Virus record (IMG/VR): IMGVR_UViG_3300005711_000021
Location: 1 to 64,000 of that record
Strand: one strand, 5' to 3'
Source: a virus
Taxonomy: Duplodnaviria > Caudoviricetes
Length of the DNA stretch: 64,000 bases
The notes under the pieces were generated by a model. The model saw only the letters and a list, made by a program, of their open reading frames with translations. It had not been told where the DNA came from and made no database searches. A program made the position numbers and the translations under genes. Below, piece after piece: positions 58,420-64,000 of the stretch; within the stretch, counting starts at the first letter, position 1, and every line of letters begins with the position of its first letter.

Positions 58420-58938
58420 ATGACAGATTTAATGTTAACTAAATCTGGGGACTTGATGTTTGTATCTGAAGTGCGTAAGCAGAATGTTGTAAAAATAGCA
58501 TTCTGCATTTCAGATGGAAACGCTTGTAAGCTAGATTTTATTATAGAAGATTGTTTACCTTTAGAATTGTCTCCTTCTCAAATTAAATTAAATTTTGATA
58601 TTGATGATAAGAAAAAAACTTATACTTCTAAGGTTATCACAAAAAAAGAATTCTCTAAACAAGCTTGTTTAATAAGATTAAAAACTCAATTAGGAGAATT
58701 AAAATATCATACAACAATAGGTTCAAGAATAGAAGAAGTAAAACATAAGTTTTTATTTAATGAAGCAGTTATTGCTAAAACAGCTACTTTAGCAAAAGAA
58801 GCTATTAAAGATATATATCCTAATGCAAAAGTAACTGCAGAACCATTTGCTAAACACTATAGCAATGGCTATAAGCAAATTATGTTGATAAAAGTTTATG
58901 ATGAAGATATTATTATATTAGAATATGAATTGGGGTGA
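58420..58938 (+). CDS. gp25-like baseplate wedge/sheath initiator
   Basis: DLMLTKSGDL and IRLKTQLGELKYHTTIGS. Confidence 0.65.
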   Translation: MTDLMLTKSGDLMFVSEVRKQNVVKIAFCISDGNACKLDFIIEDCLPLELSPSQIKLNFDIDDKKKTYTSKVITKKEFSKQACLIRLKTQLGELKYHTTIGSRIEEVKHKFLFNEAVIAKTATLAKEAIKDIYPNAKVTAEPFAKHYSNGYKQIMLIKVYDEDIIILEYELG

Positions 58939-58946
58939 TATTAAAC

Positions 58947-59750
58947 ATGAAAACATTTTCGGAAATTTACAAAGACCTAAGACAACGTTTTAAAAAACGT
59001 TCAAATATTGATGTTACGGATGGGACGGTTATTGATTCTTATTTATTAGCTTCTGCAGAATCATTAGCAGCAGCACATGAAGAAATTGAAAACAGTAAGA
59101 ATCCTCATATCTATACTAATCTAACTGGGACCAATATAGATAAAATGGCTCTTCTTATTAACTGTCCTAGATATGCAAATGAAACAGATGAATCTTATCT
59201 TTATCGTTGTATGAAATGGACATTAATTAATGAGAGTTCAAATGTAACAGCTATAGAAACTGCATTATCTAATTTAAAAGAAAGTTCTAATGCTTCTTAT
59301 GTACCTTATACAGAAGGTACAGGAACAGCAACTGTTTTTATTATTCCAAATGATTACTCATCAGAGGAACAAAAAGAAAGAGCCGTTTTAGAAGTAAAAA
59401 ATAGATTATATAAAGTAGTTTCTCCAGATTCTTATATTAACTATAAAATCTGTAAAGCTCTACCAATTGAAATATATGTTCATGTGTCTTTTAGTAATGG
59501 CGTAGATACAAAATCTATTAAAAATAATTTACAAATAACAATTAAAGACTACATAAATAAAATAGCTATAGGTGATACATTATCTTACGGTGCAATTAAT
59601 AAAATCGGCACACAAGTTAAGGGTATTGAATTCTTTAATACAACACATATCTTAATAGATGGAGAATTACTTAGAGAACTAAATGCTGTTCAAACAATAG
59701 AAACAAAGTTCTTATTCTATAATATTAATTGGACAATGGTGGTGGAATAA
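58947..59750 (+). CDS. baseplate J-like wedge protein
   Basis: KTFSEI, LTGTNIDKMA...R, ETDESYLYR and GTGTATVFI. Track start is 58935. Confidence 0.75.
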   Translation: MKTFSEIYKDLRQRFKKRSNIDVTDGTVIDSYLLASAESLAAAHEEIENSKNPHIYTNLTGTNIDKMALLINCPRYANETDESYLYRCMKWTLINESSNVTAIETALSNLKESSNASYVPYTEGTGTATVFIIPNDYSSEEQKERAVLEVKNRLYKVVSPDSYINYKICKALPIEIYVHVSFSNGVDTKSIKNNLQITIKDYINKIAIGDTLSYGAINKIGTQVKGIEFFNTTHILIDGELLRELNAVQTIETKFLFYNINWTMVVE

Positions 59751-62700
59751 TGTTAAATACAGAAAGTTTATTTAATAAAATGTTAGAGCATTTCCCAAAG
59801 TGGATGGATATTCGTAAAAGAGCAACGAAATCTATAGGGGGCCAATTACTTGAGTCAGTAGCGGAAGAAACCGCTACTCTCAAGGAAGCTCTAGAAGAAT
59901 TCAAAAAAGATTTCTTTATAGAAAGCTACTTCGGGAAAGAAAATGAAATTGTAGACTTCGTTTATAAAATACAAGTAGGAGACATTGATATTAGTGTCTT
60001 AAAAATAATTTCTCATAATCTTACTTACACTAATGACCTCAATGTTTTTTATAAACAAACGGGGGTTTTTTATTATGAGAATAGTTATTTATTCTTTAGA
60101 ATAGACGATATTGGAGAAGATAAAATAGAATATACTTTAAACGATTATTATTTTGTAGAAACACCTGAAAAGATGCATGTATGGAATATCTTTGATGAGT
60201 TTGCAACATTTGTTGGTATTGAAAGACATGAAGGTGAAACAAATAAAAAATTAGAGAATCGTATTCTTAATGTATTCAAAAATAAAATGAATAATACAAA
60301 AGATGGTCTTAAACATGCCATCCTTACTGAGATTATGGAATTAGATCCAACATTAACAATGGATGAAATTACTATAGAAGGTGTTACACCAGAAAATTTA
60401 CGAAAAAAATACGATGAGTTTTCTACTGTTTTAGATAAGCTTTCTAGTATTAATAAGGATTCCTATAAATATAAAAAATGGGACGTAGATCCATGGTTCT
60501 ATAGTATTCGCTCTATTGATTATATTCCTCATGCATGGGATGTTGCTCTTGAAGTATTTAAAGACGGTATTGGAAAAACAGATGATTTAAAAATATTATT
60601 AAGTACAACAGAAGATACAACAGATGCTTCTATTGTATTATACAAAAAGAGTACTAAAGATATTGATAACTATTTGAAAAAGAATAATGTTAATACAAAT
60701 ATTGAATTAAGTCTTACTCAATTTAATGAAGAATTAAATCCTATTTTATCTCGTTATAAAATTACAGCAAGTAAGGCTGTTGATATTACTAATAAAGATA
60801 TTAGTTTTCAATACTCAGATGTAGCACATAAACAAGGTGAATATGAAGTATCTAATCTTGTAGCAAAAGATGATGATGGTAACTACATTATGAGTGATGT
60901 TCAAGTTAATGATTATACCATTCTTCCAGCAAATAAAAAGTTTAAATTAAGATTTAAGCCATTAGAATCATTTAAAAAGTTAGCTATTAAACAATGTGAC
61001 TTTGTTAATGATGATAAAGTATCTAAGTCTTTATTAAAAGCTAATGATTCGTTTGATTTTTTGAATAACCAATTGACCTATAAATACTGTAAATCTTATG
61101 CTAGTACAATTAATGATTTCTTAGAAGTAACAAATTTAACAGATACAGTAAGAGGATTAACTGTACAAACATCTGAAAAAGAAGCTTCTGCAATATTAAA
61201 TATTGATGATATGGCAATGGAACATATTTATTTTTCATATGGATGTGATATGGCTGCTATTAATAATAACAATATCGTTTCAGAAAACTTTGATATTGTA
61301 GATAATAAGTATGTTAGTTATAGTGCTCCAGGCGAAACTAAGTTTAAATTAGATATAGAAGCAAACTCTATTAAATTTACAACGATAGGTCATTGCCAAA
61401 TTACTATTTATAAAGATGGTTCTGTATTATCAGGTCCATATACTGTAACAGATACACAAACATTTGCCTCTGATATGTCTAAAACAAGATCTCGTTATGT
61501 AGTAGAGATTTTATCATTAAACAGTTTAGAGAAAATAACAGTCAAAGATTTAATGTATACAAGCTTTGATATTATAGAAACATTAAAATATGGTCAGTTT
61601 GCAGAAGACTCTTTAGGTATCGTTCTTCCTAATGTTTCTAAGAATGAACTTTCTATTAAGATTCAATCTTATTTTCAAAATGCACCTTATATATCTAGTA
61701 TTTATATAGGAGCACCTTATGATTTAAATACAGTTTATGAAACAGAAGTGTTTAGTACTGGAAAAGATTCTCATATGTATATTTCAAAAGAGAATATGCA
61801 GGCAGATTTAATTCTGGTTGATGAACATGATACAGAAAATCTTGATAGTAGTTATACTGTATTAAACTATAGACCTTATTTAGAATTTAAAGGAACAAGT
61901 AATTCGGCTTATATTCAACTTAATCTTAAAAGCTTTATTAAAATAAATAAAATAACAACAGATATTGGTGTTGTAAAAACAAACTTTAAAAATGGAGAAT
62001 ATGTTTACCTGATAGAACTAAAAAGCAATAATATAATCTCAAAAGTATTTGTTGATGGTGTTGTTGCTAGTAATATCAAAACAAAAAGATTAATTGATTT
62101 ATTTAATATTAGACCATCTAATAATGATAAATTATATGTAACAAATATTTTTGACGGCTTCATTTCAGAGAAAAACAAATTCCAATCAAAGCATAAACTA
62201 TCAGATATTGAAGAAATTAAAAACGCTTTTAAATATGGTATGTTTAACTTTGTTAATGTGTCTAATGATTTCAATCAAGCCTACATAAGAGACTTAGATA
62301 ATAACTCAGTTATTGTTTCTACAACAGGATACAATGGTTCTATCAAAGATGCATGTTTAAAATTAAAAGATAAACAAACTTATGTTGCTTATAATGAACA
62401 TAAAATGATTCAACAAAAGAAAACAATGATTCAAATTGAAGATACTTTTAGTCCATTCATTCCTTCTGATGCTCTATACTATTATGAATTAACTAGTATG
62501 TCTTCTAATGTAAGTATTCAGTTTCATGATTTTAATGAAGTTCATTATGAAATAATTTATACAGGACTTAATTGGACAATAGGTAAAAAGTATATTGCTT
62601 TAGAAGCTCACTTTGACATAACAGATCCTAAAAACTTTTTAGCAGATGTTATTACTGTTAATAAGCAATATAAACTTCAAAAAACAATTAGTATTAATTA

Positions 62701-64000
62701 TATGACAGAATTAGATAATGAAACGATTATTAATTTATGTAAATATATGATCAGTACACCTAAAGGTATTACATTAAATTATAAAAAGATAGATCCTATT
62801 ACCACACCAATAGAATCCGCCCCTGAATATTACGGATTAGAATCTATGTTTAAACAACAAGATGGTTTTAATAAATTAAGCTATTGCAATATAGATAAGA
62901 TAATAGAGTTTTATGCAGGAACACCTGAAAAGAGTGATTACTTTACTATTACAAGTGATATGTACACGCTATTAAAAGATGAAGGTATTATTGTTTGGAA
63001 TGATACAGCTCCAGCATTATTAGATTATAGTATTTTATATATACAATATACAATTAAGATTCCAGCAACATTTACTGTAGATGATGATTTATTATATGAA
63101 AAAACAAATCATACTATTGAAGGTTATTCTTTCATTAAACGTATTGATGATATAGCAAACATTAAAAACAATACATTTATTGATTTATCTAAAGAAACTT
63201 CATTCTTAACCGCAGACAAAGTAATTGTACATTGTACAAATCCTAGTTTCGATGCATATCTTGAAACAGGTGGTATTAGATTTAAAAGGACCATTGAAGA
63301 TAATGCTTTATATGCAAGGTCAGGTTATTATTATGTAGATGGCTTAGAATATTATATGTTTGCAGAAGAAACTTCTGAGAGAACTAATAAAGTAATTAAT
63401 ATAGAATATGGAAACACAACAAAAGATAATGAAGGTATTCATTTACAAAAATCATCTCATAACTATATTAATAACTCATTACTTACTACTGAAGGCATGG
63501 GTAATATATATTCTAAAAACTTCACAAAAGATAGTAATGTGTTTGGTGCTAGTTCACTTAATGCTTTAACAGCATGTAACAGTTTTAATCATTGGAAGAA
63601 CGTAGGTTCTACATTATCATTAGTAGACGCTCATAATGGTGTAGGTATTTCATTAACACCTTTTATTACAGATGGTTATGCTTATGTTGATATAACAAAT
63701 AGTTTATATGAGAAAACATTAATTTCACTTTATCATACAGGTAGTGGAAAGGTTCTTATTGGAAAAGAAAAGAAACAAGGAGATTTAAAATATCCTAATT
63801 CAGATAGCATTGAAATCATTACAGAAATTAAACCAACTATGTCTAATAATAATATTTTATCTCATGTATTTGAACCTGATTTAAACTTTAGTTATTATTT
63901 GGTTATAAAAGGTTCAATTGTTATAGATGATATTATTATTTGTCATGCTGATGTCACTAGTAACTGGGATTATCATAAGAAAAATATTTCTACTTTAGGT
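59750..64000 (+). CDS. large baseplate/tail protein, 3'-truncated (>1417 aa), not in the ORF track
   Basis: ATG overlaps the previous TAA; begins MLNTESLFNKMLEHFPKWMDIRK; WNIFDEFATFVGIERHEGETN is wedge-like; the same frame is open at the window end. Confidence 0.75.
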   Translation, partial: MLNTESLFNKMLEHFPKWMDIRKRATKSIGGQLLESVAEETATLKEALEEFKKDFFIESYFGKENEIVDFVYKIQVGDIDISVLKIISHNLTYTNDLNVFYKQTGVFYYENSYLFFRIDDIGEDKIEYTLNDYYFVETPEKMHVWNIFDEFATFVGIERHEGETNKKLENRILNVFKNKMNNTKDGLKHAILTEIMELDPTLTMDEITIEGVTPENLRKKYDEFSTVLDKLSSINKDSYKYKKWDVDPWFYSIRSIDYIPHAWDVALEVFKDGIGKTDDLKILLSTTEDTTDASIVLYKKSTKDIDNYLKKNNVNTNIELSLTQFNEELNPILSRYKITASKAVDITNKDISFQYSDVAHKQGEYEVSNLVAKDDDGNYIMSDVQVNDYTILPANKKFKLRFKPLESFKKLAIKQCDFVNDDKVSKSLLKANDSFDFLNNQLTYKYCKSYASTINDFLEVTNLTDTVRGLTVQTSEKEASAILNIDDMAMEHIYFSYGCDMAAINNNNIVSENFDIVDNKYVSYSAPGETKFKLDIEANSIKFTTIGHCQITIYKDGSVLSGPYTVTDTQTFASDMSKTRSRYVVEILSLNSLEKITVKDLMYTSFDIIETLKYGQFAEDSLGIVLPNVSKNELSIKIQSYFQNAPYISSIYIGAPYDLNTVYETEVFSTGKDSHMYISKENMQADLILVDEHDTENLDSSYTVLNYRPYLEFKGTSNSAYIQLNLKSFIKINKITTDIGVVKTNFKNGEYVYLIELKSNNIISKVFVDGVVASNIKTKRLIDLFNIRPSNNDKLYVTNIFDGFISEKNKFQSKHKLSDIEEIKNAFKYGMFNFVNVSNDFNQAYIRDLDNNSVIVSTTGYNGSIKDACLKLKDKQTYVAYNEHKMIQQKKTMIQIEDTFSPFIPSDALYYYELTSMSSNVSIQFHDFNEVHYEIIYTGLNWTIGKKYIALEAHFDITDPKNFLADVITVNKQYKLQKTISINYMTELDNETIINLCKYMISTPKGITLNYKKIDPITTPIESAPEYYGLESMFKQQDGFNKLSYCNIDKIIEFYAGTPEKSDYFTITSDMYTLLKDEGIIVWNDTAPALLDYSILYIQYTIKIPATFTVDDDLLYEKTNHTIEGYSFIKRIDDIANIKNNTFIDLSKETSFLTADKVIVHCTNPSFDAYLETGGIRFKRTIEDNALYARSGYYYVDGLEYYMFAEETSERTNKVINIEYGNTTKDNEGIHLQKSSHNYINNSLLTTEGMGNIYSKNFTKDSNVFGASSLNALTACNSFNHWKNVGSTLSLVDAHNGVGISLTPFITDGYAYVDITNSLYEKTLISLYHTGSGKVLIGKEKKQGDLKYPNSDSIEIITEIKPTMSNNNILSHVFEPDLNFSYYLVIKGSIVIDDIIICHADVTSNWDYHKKNISTLG

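Noticed and set aside
705-62274. Short antisense or overlapping ORFs in the track (e.g. 705-893, 4810-4995, 7670-7990, 9217-9471, 34617-34907, 36606-36923, 62005-62274)
   Set aside because: They are shadows of long coding genes, with no evident SD and a composition typical of off-frame translation.
1-64000. tRNA, rRNA, CRISPR array, integrase or transposase
   Set aside because: None seen; intergenic gaps are short and are explained by SDs, terminators and introns.

Overview
The whole window is an AT-rich segment of a large contractile-tailed (myovirus-type) phage. GGAGG Shine-Dalgarno sites, a BhlA-like holin and an M23 peptidase suggest a Bacillota host. Bases 1-2.5 kb carry small minus-strand genes. 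From 2742 to the end is one plus-strand morphogenesis region: packaging, GroES, portal, protease/scaffold, capsid, neck, sheath, tube, chaperones, tape measure, holin, giant proteins and baseplate. Main observations: (1) terL is split into four exons by three group I introns, inserted at the Walker A, Walker B and nuclease-Asp motifs; the spliced product is 592 aa. (2) Intron 1 carries, in its P8 loop, two paralogous genes with no homing-endonuclease motifs. (3) A 2864-aa ORF has the motifs of a single-chain two-barrel RNA polymerase fused to an N-terminal DEDDh exonuclease, a candidate virion-delivered RNAP. (4) A 3152-aa baseplate hub carries a staphylococcal-nuclease-type domain. (5) A catalytically degenerate paralogue of the terminase ATPase domain lies upstream of terL. 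All functional calls come from reading motifs and gene order by eye; no database search was run.
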